Program-made: the position numbers and the translations under genes
Notes under the pieces: model-generated
Told to the model about the DNA's origin: nothing
The model's input: only the letters and a program-made list of their open reading frames with translations
The model's database searches: none
Assembly: GCA_027923505.1 (NCBI GenBank)
Contig: BROI01000013.1
Location: 620,001 to 684,000, forward strand
Reading direction: 5' to 3'
Length of the DNA stretch: 64,000 nucleotides
Source of the DNA: Mayamaea pseudoterrestris
Taxonomy: Eukaryota
Shown: positions 12,905 through 25,500 of the stretch, one piece after another
Position numbering within the stretch: the first letter of the stretch is position 1
How the letters are laid out: the number at the start of each line of letters is the position of its first letter

Positions 12905-15900
12905 CTATGTAATTGTTACGCCAGCTTGTGCAGCTACAGTGGCTGATTCAACCTCCATGAGGAGATGCAATTGTTGAATCAACCAGGTGAACCGCTTAAA
13001 CGATGCATCCTCGACTTGCTCTGAAACATTGAGACCATGTTGCGTCTTGGCAAACATACTCAGTAAATACATGTCTGTCTCGGCCGCCCTTTCCAGCATG
13101 TCAATCGTTGGCGCTGCATGTCCGCACAAAGTCAACGTGGCAAGGTTGACTACACTGACAAGCGACTTCAAATCCGATCGTTTCTCGCAAATGCACCGAA
13201 AACGAGAAAGATTTGCCGCAGCGGCAATGATTCTTTTGCATGTTCGCGAATCTAAACTTTCTACAAGCGTGGTGCGATCGTCCCTGGCGGCGCCTTCTAT
13301 GTCGTGGCACAAATCTTCAGCGCTATACGCAAACGGACGAAAGTTTCGGAAACCATCCGCGGTTTGTAACGCAGCAGCCCACTGGGCGAGCTCGCTGTGG
13401 AACCATTTGACAACGGGTGTAAGGGTTGACGGCGAGGGGTCAAAACCGTGCGCCACCATAAACATCTTTTCCAAGAGTCCAATGATACGAATTGCAAACG
13501 TCCGCGGATGCAGGCTCCCCACAAAAATTTTGTCGACTGCATTTGTCAAGTCTCGCTCACTTTTGCAGGCAACTGAAAGTGCCTGCCAGTTAAATTGGGG
13601 AGTGGCATTGTCGGTGATGCTACTGTTACTGTTTTGCATGTCGGTGCTTGTTCGCAAACTTTCTTCAAGGTGCCCTTCACGCCAGACCGGAAGTCCCCAA
13701 CGCGTCACACCCTTGAAAAAGTCGGCTTCTACAAGCGATATAGCCAGCATTCCTTTTTGCTTGCGAATGACTTGCTGCTGCTGCGGTTGCTGAGTAGGCA
13801 TAATATCTGGTTGGGGCGTAGTCGACCCATTCTCTGTAGCAATCAATGCGTTTTTCGTTGCGGTCGTTCCTGGCATGTCAACAGGCATGCCATTCTGGGT
13901 CAAGGCTGGTGCAAGTTCGTCAGTCATGATGCCGTGCTGCTCCGGGGCAGTTGCGAGTCGGAAGTGATGCGTAGAGTTCATCGTTGCTTGGTCGACCAAG
14001 ACTTGTTCGAGAACCACGGCGTTTTCCTCTGACATGCGTTCACCTACAGGAAGTAATGGCTGCTCCGGAACCGTTACAAGTCCGACTGGAAGCGGATTGT
14101 CTTGGACTGAAACCAAAGCAGCGTCGTTGTCAGTAAATGGCGTTGGATTCAAGTTGTTTACCTGATCACGAGTAGACGCAGATCCTTCGGTGGCAGCGGT
14201 AGGAGCTGCACATGTCGGCGGAGAAAAGTCCGAGTTTTGCTCTAGTGTATTGCCTCCGTGCTGCACTATGACGCGCGACTCTGGTTCAGGTGAAAGTGGA
14301 AGCATTGGATCAGAAGCACCTTCAATGGCGGAAGGTGACACATCCAGCACGTGCACTGACGCGTCAAGTCCTCGCTGCGGTTCATCCAAAGGCAATCCTT
14401 GTAAATCCAATCGAAGGTTCTTGCTCGGCTCAGTGTGAGGCTGCTCGTGTACATCAAGCGGACTCGAGTTTGCTTCCATGATCGGTCCGAGCCCCGGAAG
14501 GCACATCTTGCCATGTTCCAAGACCACGTCACTGCTTTCCGATCCTTGCAGCATTATTGTCGGCATCGCCTCCAAGAGCGCTCGTTTAGTGGATTGCTTA
14601 ATGTTTTGAACCAGAGTCGATATAATCGCAATAATGACGTTTTCGTCCAGTACTTCCACCCAATTTTTTGTTACAGTGAAGTGTTTTTTCGATTGTAAAT
14701 CAATAATGATGCTACGATCCTTCTGAAAGAATCTCCGCCCTTCTTGCTTCATCGTCCGAATAACTTCCTTGGCAAGTTGTTTATTAAAATGCCATTTGGG
14801 TTGTTTCATGTAGTCGTTCATTCGTTCTTTTACTAGATTGTGGTAGTAGATGTTGCCAGCTTGCCTAGAAAGATTGCCTTTGCCGAGGAGAATATCACGG
14901 GGCGTTGGTTCAACAAAGCAGCTCTGATCTCGCACACCATTCGATGCTTGAATGGCTGGTGTCATACTGTCGTTGCTTTTCTCCATGGTCTCAGTGATCG
15001 AATCAACTTTTAGACTGGTATTCTTGCTCGAATCGTCAGGCTCCTTAATTGACTCATCTCGTGAATCCATGTTACTCTGCAATTGTTTCGTTGCTACCAC
15101 GCTTTTTTTGCTTTCGTTCAATGGAAGCTGCAATGGCATCTTCGTTATTTTGGCTTTGTCGCAAGAATCAAACTCTGCAAGACTTTTACGATGATGCGTC
15201 AACTCGGGCGCCGCCAGAGTCGTCTCGCCGTCCTGTAAGCCTTTTAAACGTTTGGCGGGTTGCATTGGCAAGACCGAATCGAGTAGTGCAGGTCGCTTTA
15301 TCAGGTTTTTAGGCGCAATGCTTCCGGCCGGTGGCTGCGGTTGCTCGAGTGGCAACGCTCCGAGATGATCATGCGTAGAATTTTTCTCCGACTCGTCGGG
15401 AGGCTGCTGCAAGTACTCTTGTTGTGATTCATGACTATGTCCGCCATCCTGTATTGAATTGTGACAATTATATTCTCGAGAATCCTTGTAATGTTCTAAC
15501 GCAGTGCTGCTTTCTTTCCCGCTACTTTCGGACTTCTGCATGCTGCTGCAATTAGCCCGCTTTTCATTTAAAAGCTTGTAGACATTATACAATCTCCTCG
15601 TAATTCTTTTGATAATGACTTCTTCATCTAAGATTTCCAGCCAGTCGTTTGTCGCTAAGGATAATTTCCTTCCTTGCGCGTCAATGGTAGCTAATAGTTT
15701 CTTTTGAAGGAAGCGGCCGCCGCTTTGCTTGATTGACTGCAAGATTTCAATTGCCACTTGCCTTCCAAAAAAGCCTCGTTTGCTCCTGTAATCGTTGACT
15801 CGCGCAAGCAATAATTTGTGAAATTGAATGTTTTTGTTTGATTGGGTGCCTTGGACGAAAAGAACATCGAGCGGAGTCGGAATGACAGGAATTCGTTCTT

Positions 15901-15979
15901 CCACTCGCTCTTCATCCATTGCCTCATTCGCTGCAGCCGCAATCTCGCTGCCTTTCTCCATGGCTACTTCAATATTCAA
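12905..15979 (-). CDS. 1024-aa protein with two DUF6824-like domains (diatom-expanded family)
   Basis: Long uninterrupted ORF; two repeats of the type PTPLDVLFVQG...IKQSGGRFLQK..W and PTPRDILLGKG...GNIYY..MKQEGRRFFQK..W. Confidence 0.75.
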   Translation of the reverse strand: MNIEVAMEKGSEIAAAANEAMDEERVEERIPVIPTPLDVLFVQGTQSNKNIQFHKLLLARVNDYRSKRGFFGRQVAIEILQSIKQSGGRFLQKKLLATIDAQGRKLSLATNDWLEILDEEVIIKRITRRLYNVYKLLNEKRANCSSMQKSESSGKESSTALEHYKDSREYNCHNSIQDGGHSHESQQEYLQQPPDESEKNSTHDHLGALPLEQPQPPAGSIAPKNLIKRPALLDSVLPMQPAKRLKGLQDGETTLAAPELTHHRKSLAEFDSCDKAKITKMPLQLPLNESKKSVVATKQLQSNMDSRDESIKEPDDSSKNTSLKVDSITETMEKSNDSMTPAIQASNGVRDQSCFVEPTPRDILLGKGNLSRQAGNIYYHNLVKERMNDYMKQPKWHFNKQLAKEVIRTMKQEGRRFFQKDRSIIIDLQSKKHFTVTKNWVEVLDENVIIAIISTLVQNIKQSTKRALLEAMPTIMLQGSESSDVVLEHGKMCLPGLGPIMEANSSPLDVHEQPHTEPSKNLRLDLQGLPLDEPQRGLDASVHVLDVSPSAIEGASDPMLPLSPEPESRVIVQHGGNTLEQNSDFSPPTCAAPTAATEGSASTRDQVNNLNPTPFTDNDAALVSVQDNPLPVGLVTVPEQPLLPVGERMSEENAVVLEQVLVDQATMNSTHHFRLATAPEQHGIMTDELAPALTQNGMPVDMPGTTATKNALIATENGSTTPQPDIMPTQQPQQQQVIRKQKGMLAISLVEADFFKGVTRWGLPVWREGHLEESLRTSTDMQNSNSSITDNATPQFNWQALSVACKSERDLTNAVDKIFVGSLHPRTFAIRIIGLLEKMFMVAHGFDPSPSTLTPVVKWFHSELAQWAAALQTADGFRNFRPFAYSAEDLCHDIEGAARDDRTTLVESLDSRTCKRIIAAAANLSRFRCICEKRSDLKSLVSVVNLATLTLCGHAAPTIDMLERAAETDMYLLSMFAKTQHGLNVSEQVEDASFKRFTWLIQQLHLLMEVESATVAAQAGVTIT

Positions 15980-16504
15980 GCAGATGAGACTCTTGCCGAG
16001 ACGACTATTGGGAGGTTCTCCCTCTCCCTTTACGTGCCTTGCTTGCCAAACAAGTGAAGAGAAGGAGACGAAGAATCGGCCTTTCGCGTGCGATGAAATA
16101 ATCGCAGTGGTTATCCCATCGTCTGACCGGTACTCCTGCGACGCTGACTACTCCTACAAATGTACGAGCACTAACAGGGGCCTTCATCATTCAAAGCTTG
16201 CTCTCCAGCAATTAATAGCAACGCAGTGAAAACATTTTTCTTCTTAAAAGGATCACTGGTGAGCCAAGGACTCAGAATGGGATAAGGCAGCCAGCAACTG
16301 CGGACTTGCCTGGGGCAAAGAAATTTTGGCAGTCCTACTCGCAGAACTTGGAGACTAGATGGGCTAGTGATGAATGCAGTGCAAATTTTCTGCATCATGA
16401 AACAATGCCTGTTGCCTGTGAGCTATCATTTTATACCCTCTATGGCTATTGGCATGATTTATGGCAGCCAGCTGCTGTGGCTTCAATGCAACTTGTGAAA
16501 GCTT

Positions 16505-19500
16505 TTACCAGTCTTAGCCCGCAAGAAAGTGCCCCTTGAACATCTCTTGTATAAAGCCAAATACAACAGAATGGTGCCAAACTCATTATTCAGGCTGCGC
16601 TACAAGATGGTAGGCTTGGCTGGTGTCTCAGGCTATGGCAATGATATTGGTGACAACTTGTCACCAGTCTCAGCCCGCAAATGCCGTGACATTCAAACGC
16701 CCCTACAGCAAGCCCTGTAGGTGCCCAGAGTCCACCAGAATGGTGCCAACATCATTATTCAGGCTGCGCTACAAGATGGTAGGCTTGGCTGGTGTCTCAG
16801 GGGATGGCAATGTATTTGGCGACAACTTGTCACCAGTCTCAGCCCGCATTTGCCATGACATTCAAACGCTTCTACAGCAAGCCCTGTAGGTGCCCAAATT
16901 CCACCAGAATGGTGCCAAACTCATTATTCCGGCTGCGCTACAAGATGGTAGGCTTGGTTGGTGTCTCAGGCTATGGCAATGATATTGGTGACAACTTGTC
17001 ACCAGTCTCAGCCCGCAGATGCCGTGACATTCAAACGCCCCTACAGCAAGCCCTGTAGGTTCCCAGATTCCACCAGAATGGTGCCAACATCATTATTCAG
17101 GCTGCGCTACAAGATGGTAGGCTTGGCTGGTGTCTCAGGCTATGGCAATGATATTGATGACAACTTGTCACCAGTCTCAGCCCGCAGATGCCGTGACAAC
17201 TAAACGCCCCTACAGCAAGCCCTGTAGGTGCCCAAATTACACCAGAATGGTGCCAACATCATTTTCAGGCTGCGCTACAAGATGGTTGGCTTGGCTGGTG
17301 TCTCCGGGGATGGCAATGTATTTGGTGACAACTTGTCACCAGTCTCAGCCCGCAGATGCCGTGACACTCAAACGCATCTACAGCAAGCCCTGTAGGTGCC
17401 CAGATTACACCAGAATGGTGCCAACATCATTATTTAGGCTGCGCTAGCTACAAGATGGCAGGCTTGGTTGGTGTCTCAGGGGATGGCAATGATATTGGTG
17501 ACAACTTGTCACCAATCTCAGCCGACAGATGCCGTGACATTCAAACGCCCCTACAGCAAGCCCTGTAGGTGCCCAGATTACACCAGAATGGTGCCAACAT
17601 CATTATTCAGGCTGCGCTACAAGATGGTAGGCTTGGTTGGTGTCTCAGGGGATGGAAATGTATTTGGTGACAACTTGTCACCAGTCTCAGCCCGCAGATG
17701 CCGTGACATTCAAACGCTTCTACAGCAAGCCCTGTAGGTGACCAAATTACACCAGAATGGTGCCAAACTCATTATTCTAGCTGCGCTACAAGATGGTAGG
17801 CTTGGTTGGTGTCTCAGGCTATGGCAATGATATTGGTGACAACTTGTCACCAGTCTCAGCCCGCAGATGCCGTGACATTCAAAGCCCCTACAACAAGCCC
17901 TGTAGGTGCCCAAATTACACCAGGATGGTGCCAACATCATTATTCAGGCTGCGCTACAAGATGGTAGGCTTGGCTGGTGTCTCAGGCTATGGCAATGATA
18001 TTGGTGACAACTTGTCACCAGTCTCAGCCCACAGATGCCGTGACAACTAAACGCCCCTACAGCAAGCCCTGTAGGTGCCTAAAATACACCAGAATGGTGC
18101 CAACATCATTTTCAGGCTGCGCTACAAGATGGTAGGCTTGGCTGGTGTCTCCGGGGATGGCAATGTATTTGGTGACAACTTGTCACCAGTCTCAGCCCGC
18201 AGATGCCGTGACACTCAAACGCATCTACAGCAAGCCCTGTAGGTGCCCAGATTACACCAGAATGGTGCCAACCTCATTATTCAGGCTGCGCTACAAGATG
18301 GCAGGCTTGGTTGGTGTCTCAGGGGATGGCAATGATATTGGTGACAACTTGTCACCAATCTCAGCCGACAGATGCCGTGACATTCAAATGCCCCTACAGC
18401 AAGCCCTGTAGGTGCCCAGATTACACCAGAATAGTGCCAACATCATTATTCAGGCTGCGCTACAAGATGGTAGGCTTGGTTGGTGTCTCAGGGGATGGCA
18501 ATGTATTTGGTGACAACTTGTCACCAGTCTCAGCCCGCAGATGCCGTGACATTCAAACGCCCCTACAGCAAGCCCTGTAGGTGCCCAAATTACACCAGAA
18601 TGGTGCCAACATCATTATTCAGGCTGCGCTACAAGATGGTAGGCTTGGTTGGTGTCTCAGGCTATGGCAATGATATTGGTGACAACTTGTCACCAGTCTC
18701 AGCCCGCCAATGCCGTGACATTCAAACGCCCCTACAGCAAGCCCTGTAGGTGCCCAGAGTCCACCAGAATGGTGCCAACATCATTATTCAGGCTGCGCTA
18801 CAAGATGGTAGGCTTGGCTGGTGTCTCAGGGGATGGCAATGTATTTGGTGACAACTTGTCACCAGTCTCAGCCCACATATGCCATGACATTCAAACGCTT
18901 CTACAGCAAGCCCTGTAGGTGCCCAAATTCCACCAGAATGGTGCCAAACTCATTATTCAGGCTGCGCTACAAGATGGTAGGCTTGGTTGGTGTCTCAGGC
19001 TATGGCAATGATATTGGTGACAACTTGTCACCAGTCTCAGCCCGCAGATGCCGTGACATTCAAACGCCCCTACAGCAAGCCCTGAGTGCCCAATGGGCGG
19101 CTGCGCTAAAAGGTAGGTGCCCAGATGCCGAACACCAGAATGGTGCCTCCATCATTATTCAGGCTGCGCTACAAGATGGTTGGCTTGGCTGGTGTCTCAG
19201 GGGATGGCAATGTATTTGGTGACAACTTGTCACCAGTCTCAGCCCGCAGATGCCGTGACACTCAAACGCATCTACAGCAAGCCCTGTAGGTGCCCATATT
19301 ACACCAGAATGGTGCCAACATCATTATTTAGGCTGCGCTACAAGATGGCAGGCTTGGTTGGTGTCTCAGGGGATGGCAATGATATTGGTGACAACTTGTC
19401 ACCAATCTCAGCCCGCAGATGCCGTGACATTCAAACGCCCCTACAGCAAGCCCTGTAGGTGCCCAGATTACACCAGAATGGTGCCAACATCATTATTCAG

Positions 19501-22500
19501 GCTGCGCTACAAGATGGTAGGCTTGGTTGGTGTCTCAGGGGATGGAAATGTATTTGGTGACAACTTGTCATCAGTCTCAGCCCGCAGATGCCGTGACATT
19601 CAAACGCTTCTACAGCAAGCCCTGTAGGTGACCAAATTACACCAGAATGGTGCCAAACTCATTATTCAGGCTGCGCTACAAGATGGTAGGCTTGGTTGGT
19701 GTCTCAGGCTATGGCAATGATATTGGTGACAACTTGTCACCAGTCTCAGCCCGCAGATGCCGTGACATTCAAAGCCCCTACAGCAAGCCCTGTAGGTGCC
19801 CTGATTCCACCAGAATGGTGCCAACATCATTATGCAGGCTGCGCTACAAGATGGTAGGCTTGGCTGGTGTCTCAGGCTATGGCAATGATATTGGTGACAA
19901 CTTGTCACCAGTCTCAGCCCGCAGATGCCGTGACATTCAAACGCCCCTACAGCAAGCCCTGTAGGTGCCCAGATTACACCAGAATGGTGCCAACCTCATT
20001 ATTCAGGCTGCGCTACAAAATGGCAGGCTTGGTTGGTGTCTCAGGGGATGGCAATGATATTGGTGACAACTTGTCACCAATCTCAGCCGACAGATGCCGT
20101 GACATTCAAACGCCCCTACAGCAAGCCCTGTAGGTGCCCAAATTACACCAGAATGGTGCCAACATCATTATTCAGGCTGCGCTACAAGATGGTAGGCTTG
20201 GTTGGTGTCTCAGGGGATGGCAATGTATTTGGTGACAACTTGTCACCAGTCTCAGCCCGCAGATGCCGTGACATTCAAACGCCCCTACAGCAAGCCCTGT
20301 AGGTGCCCAAATTACACCAGAATGGTGCCAACATCATTATTCAGGCTGAGCTACAAGATGGTATGCTTGGATGGTGTCTCAGGCTATGGCAATGATATTG
20401 GTGACAACTTTTCACCAGTCTCAGCCCGCAGATGCCGTGACATCTAAACGCCCCTACAACAAGCCCTGTAGGTGCCCAAATTACACCAGGATGGTGCCAA
20501 CATCATTATTCAGGCTGCGCTACAAGATGGTAGGCTTGGCTGGTGTCTCAGGGGATGGCAATGTATTTGGTGACAACTTGTCACCAGTCTCAGCCCGCAG
20601 ATGCCGTGACACTCAAACGCATTTACAGCAAGTCTTGTAGGTGCCCAAATCACACCAGAATGGTGCCAACCTCATTATTTAGGCTGCGCTACAAGATGGT
20701 AGGCTTGATTGGTGTCTCAGGGGATGGCAATGTATTTGGTGACAACTTGTCACAAGTCTCAGCCCGTAGATGCCATGACATTCAAACGCTTCTACAGCAA
20801 GCCCTGTAGGTGCCCAAATTGCACCAGAATGGTGCCAACATCATTATTCAGGCTGCGCTACAAGATGGTAGGCTTGGTTGGTGTCTCAGGGGATGGCAAT
20901 GATATTGGTGACAACTTGTCACCAGTCTCAGCCCGCAGATGCCGTGACATTCAAACGCCCCTACAGCAAGCCCTGTAGGTGCCCAGATTACACCAGAATG
21001 GTGCCAACATCATTATTCAGGCTGCGCTACAAGATGGCAGGCTTGGCTGGTGTCTCAGGCTATGGCAATGATATTGGTGACAACTTGTCACCAATCTCAG
21101 CCAGCAGATGCCGTGACATCTAAACGCCCCTACAGCAAGCCCTGTAGGTGCCCAAATTGCACCAGAATGGTGCCAACATCATTATTCAGGCTGCGCTACA
21201 AGATGGTAGGCTTGGTTGGTGTCTCAGGGGATGGAAATGTATTTGGTGACAACTTGTCACCAGTCTCAGCCCGCAGATGCCGTGACACTCAAACGCATCT
21301 ACAGCAAGCCCTGTAGGTGCCCAAATCACACCAGAATGGTGCCAACCTCATTATTCAGGCTGCGCTACAAGATGGTAGGCTTGATTGGTGTCTCAGGGGA
21401 TGGCAATGATATTGGTGACAACTTGTCACCAGTCTCAGCCCTCAGATGCCGTGACATCTAAACGCCCCTACAGCAAGCCCTGTAGGTGCCCAAATTGCCC
21501 AGAATGGTGCCAACATCATTATTCAGGCTGCGCTACAAGATGGTAGGCTTGGTTGGTGTCTCAGGGGATGGCAATGATATTGGTGACAACTTGTCGCCAG
21601 TCTCAGCCCGCAGATGCCATGACATTCAAACGCTTCTACAGCAAGCCCTGTAGGTGCCCAAATTGCCCAGAATGGTGCCAACATCATTATTCAGGCTGCG
21701 CTACAAGATGGTAGACTTGGTTGGTGTCTCAGGGGATGGCAATGAGACTGGTGACAACTTGTCACCAGTCTCAGCCCACAGATGCCATGACATTCAAACG
21801 CTTCTACAGCAAGCCCTGTAGGTGCCCAAATTGCCCAGAATGGTGCCAACATCATTATTCAGGCTGCGCTACAAGATGGTAGACTTGGTTGGTGTCTCAG
21901 GGGATGGCAATGATATTGGTGACAACTTGTCACCAGTCTCAGCTGGCAGATGCTGTGACATTCAAACGCCCCTACAGCAAGCCCAGTCGGTGCCCAGATT
22001 ACACCAGAATGGTGCCAACATCATTATTCAGGCTGCGCTACAAGATGTTAGGCTTGGTTGGTGTCTCCGGGGATGGCAATGATATTGGTGACAACTTGTC
22101 ATCAGTCTCAGCCCGCAGATGCCATGACATTCAAATGCTTCTACAGCAAGCCCTGTAGGTGCCCAGATTACACCAGAATGGTGCCAACAACATTATTCAG
22201 GCTGCGCTACAAGATGGCAGGCTTGGTTGGTGTCTCAGGTGATGGAAATGTATTTGGTGACAACTTGTCACCAGTCTCAGCCCGCAGATGCCATGACATT
22301 CAAACGCTTCTACAGCAAGCCCTGTAGGTGCCCAAATTGCACCAGAATGGTGCCAACATCATTATTCAGGCTGCGCTACAAGATGTTAGGCTTGGTTGGT
22401 GTCTCCGGGGATGACAATGATATTGGTGACATCTTGTCATCAGTCTCAGCCCGCAGATGCCATGACATTCAAACGCTTCTACAGCAAGCCCTGTAGGTGC

Positions 22501-25500
22501 CCAGATTACACCAGAATGGTGCCAACATCATTATTCAGGCTGCGCTACAAGATGGTAGGCTTGGTTGGTGTCTCAGGCTATGGCAATGATATTGGTGACA
22601 ACTTGTCACCAGTCTCAGCTGGCAGATGCTGTGACATTTAAACGCCCCTACAGCAAGCCCAGTCGGTGCCCAGATTACACCAGAATGGTGCCAACATCAT
22701 TATTCAGGCTGCGCTACAAGATGGTAGGCTTGGTTGGTGTCTCAGGGGATGAAAATGTATTTGGTGACAACTTGTCACCAGTCTCAGCCCGCAGATGCCG
22801 TGACATTCAAACGCCCCTACAGCAAGCCCTGTAGGTGCCCTAATTACACCAGAATGGTGCCAACATCATTATTCAGGCTGGGCTACAAGATGGTAGGCTT
22901 GGCTGGTGTCTCAGGCTATGGCAATGATATTGGTGACAACTTGTCACCAGTCTCAGCCCGCAGATGCCGTGACACTCAAACGCATCTACAGCAAGCCCTG
23001 TAGGTGCCCAAATCACACCAGAATGGTGCCAACCTCATTATTCAGGCTGCGCTACAGGATGGTAGGCTTGATTGGTGTCTCAGGGGATGGCATTGTATTT
23101 GATGAAAACTTGTCACCAGTCTCAGCCCGCAGATGCCATGACATTAAAATGCTTCTACAGCAAGCCCTGTAGGTGCCCAAATTACACCAGAATGGTGCCA
23201 ACATCATTATTCAGGCTGCGCTACAAGATGGTAGGCTTGGTTGGTGTCTCAGGGGATGGCAATGATATTGGTGACAACTTGTCACCAGTCTCAGCTGGCA
23301 GATGCTGTGACATCTTAACGCCCCTACAGCAAGCCCTGTAGGTGCCCAAATTACACCAGAATGGTGCCAACATCATTATTCAGGCTGCGCTACAAGATGG
23401 TAGGCTTGGCTGGTGTCTCAGGGGATGGCAATGTATTTGGTGACAACTTGTCACCAGTCTCAGCCCGCAGATGCCGTGACACTCAAACGCATCTACAGCA
23501 AGCCCTGTAGGTGCCCAAATCACACCAGAATGGTGCCAACCTCATTATTCAGGCTGCGCTACAAGATTGTAGGCTTGATTGGTGTCTCAGGGGATGGCAA
23601 TGTATTTGGTGACAACTTGTCACCAGTCTCAGCCCGCATATGCCATGACATTCAAACGCTTCTACAGCAAGCCCTGTAGGTGCCCAAATCACACCAGAAT
23701 TGTGCCAACCTCATTTTTTAGGTTGCGCTACAAGATGGTAGGCTTGGTTGGTGTCTCAGGGGATGGCAATGTATTTGGTGACAACTTGTCACCAGTCTCA
23801 GCCCGCAGATGCCGTGACATTCAAACGCCCCTACAGCAAGCCCTGTAGGTTCCCAAATTACACCAGTATGGTGATAACATCATTATTCAGGCTGAGCTAC
23901 AAGATGGTATGCTTGGCTGGTGTCTCAGGCTATGGCAATGATATTGTTGACAACTTGTCACCAGTCTCAGCCCGCAGATGCCATGACATCTAAACGCCCC
24001 TACAGCAAGCCCTGTAGGTGCCCAAATTACACCAGAATGGTGCCAACATCATTATTCAGGCTGCGCTACAAGACATGATGGTAGGCTTGGCTGGTGTCTC
24101 AGGGGATGGCAATGTATTTGGTGACAACTTGTCACCAGTCTCAGCCCGCAGTTGCCGTGACACTCAAACGCATCTACAGCAAGCCCTGTAGGTGCCCAAA
24201 TCACACCAGAATGGTGCCAACCTCATTATTTCGGCTGCGCTACAAGATGGTAGGCTTGATTGGTGTCTCAGGGGATGGCAATGTATTTGGTGACAACTTG
24301 TCACCAGTCTCAGCCCGCAGATGCCATGACATTCAAACGCTTCTACAGCAAGCCCTGTAGGTTCCCAAATTGCACCAGAATGGTGCCAACATCATTATTC
24401 AGGCTCCGCTACAAGATGGTAGGCTTGGTTGGTGTCTCAGGGGATGGCAATGATATTGGTGACAACTTGTCACCAGTCTCAGCTGGCAGATGCCATGACA
24501 TTTAAACGCCCCTACAGCAAGCCCAGTCGGTGCCCAGATTACACCAGAATGGTGCCAACATCATTATTCAGGCTGCGCTACAAGATGGTAGGCTTGGATG
24601 GTGTCTCAGGGGATGAAAATGTATTTGGTGACAACTTGTCACCAGTCTCAGCCGGCAGATGCCGTGACATTCAAACGCCCCTACAGCAAGCCCTGTAGGT
24701 GCCCTAATTACACCAGAATGGTGCCAACATCATTATTCAGGCTGGGCTACAAGATGGTAGGCTTGGCTGGTGTCTCAGGCTATGGCAATGATATTGGTGA
24801 CAACTTGTCACCAGTCTCAGCCCGCAGATGCCGTGACATCTAAACACCCCTACAGCAAGCCCTGTAGGTGCCCAAATTACACCAGAATGGTGCCAACATC
24901 ATTATTCAGGCTGCGCTACAAGATGGTAGGCTTGGCTGGTGTCTCAGGGGATGGCAATGTATTTGGTGACAACTTGTCACCAGTCTCAGCCCCCAGATGC
25001 CGTGACACTCAAACGCCCCTACAGCAAGCCCTGTAGGTGCCCAAATCACACCAGAATTGTGCCAACATCATTATTCAGGGTGCGCTACAAGATGGTATGC
25101 TTGGCTGGTGTCTCAGGGGATGGCAATGTATTTGGTGACAACTTGTCACCAGTCTCAGCCCGCATATGCCATGACATTCAAACGCTTCTACAGCAAGCCC
25201 TGTAGGTGCCCAAATCACACCAAAATTGTGCCAACCTCATTTTTTAGGTTGCGCTACAAGATGGTAGGCTTGGTTGGTGTCTCAGGGGATGGCAATGTAT
25301 TTGGTGACAACTTGTCACCAGTCTCAGCCCGCAGATGCCGTGACATTCAAACGCCCCTACAGCAAGCCCTGTAGGTTCCCAAATTACACCAGTATGGTGA
25401 TAACATCATTATTCAGGCTGAGCTACAAGATGGTATGCTTGGCTGGTGTCTCAGGCTATGGCAATGATATTGTTGACAACTTGTCACCAGTCTCAGCCCG

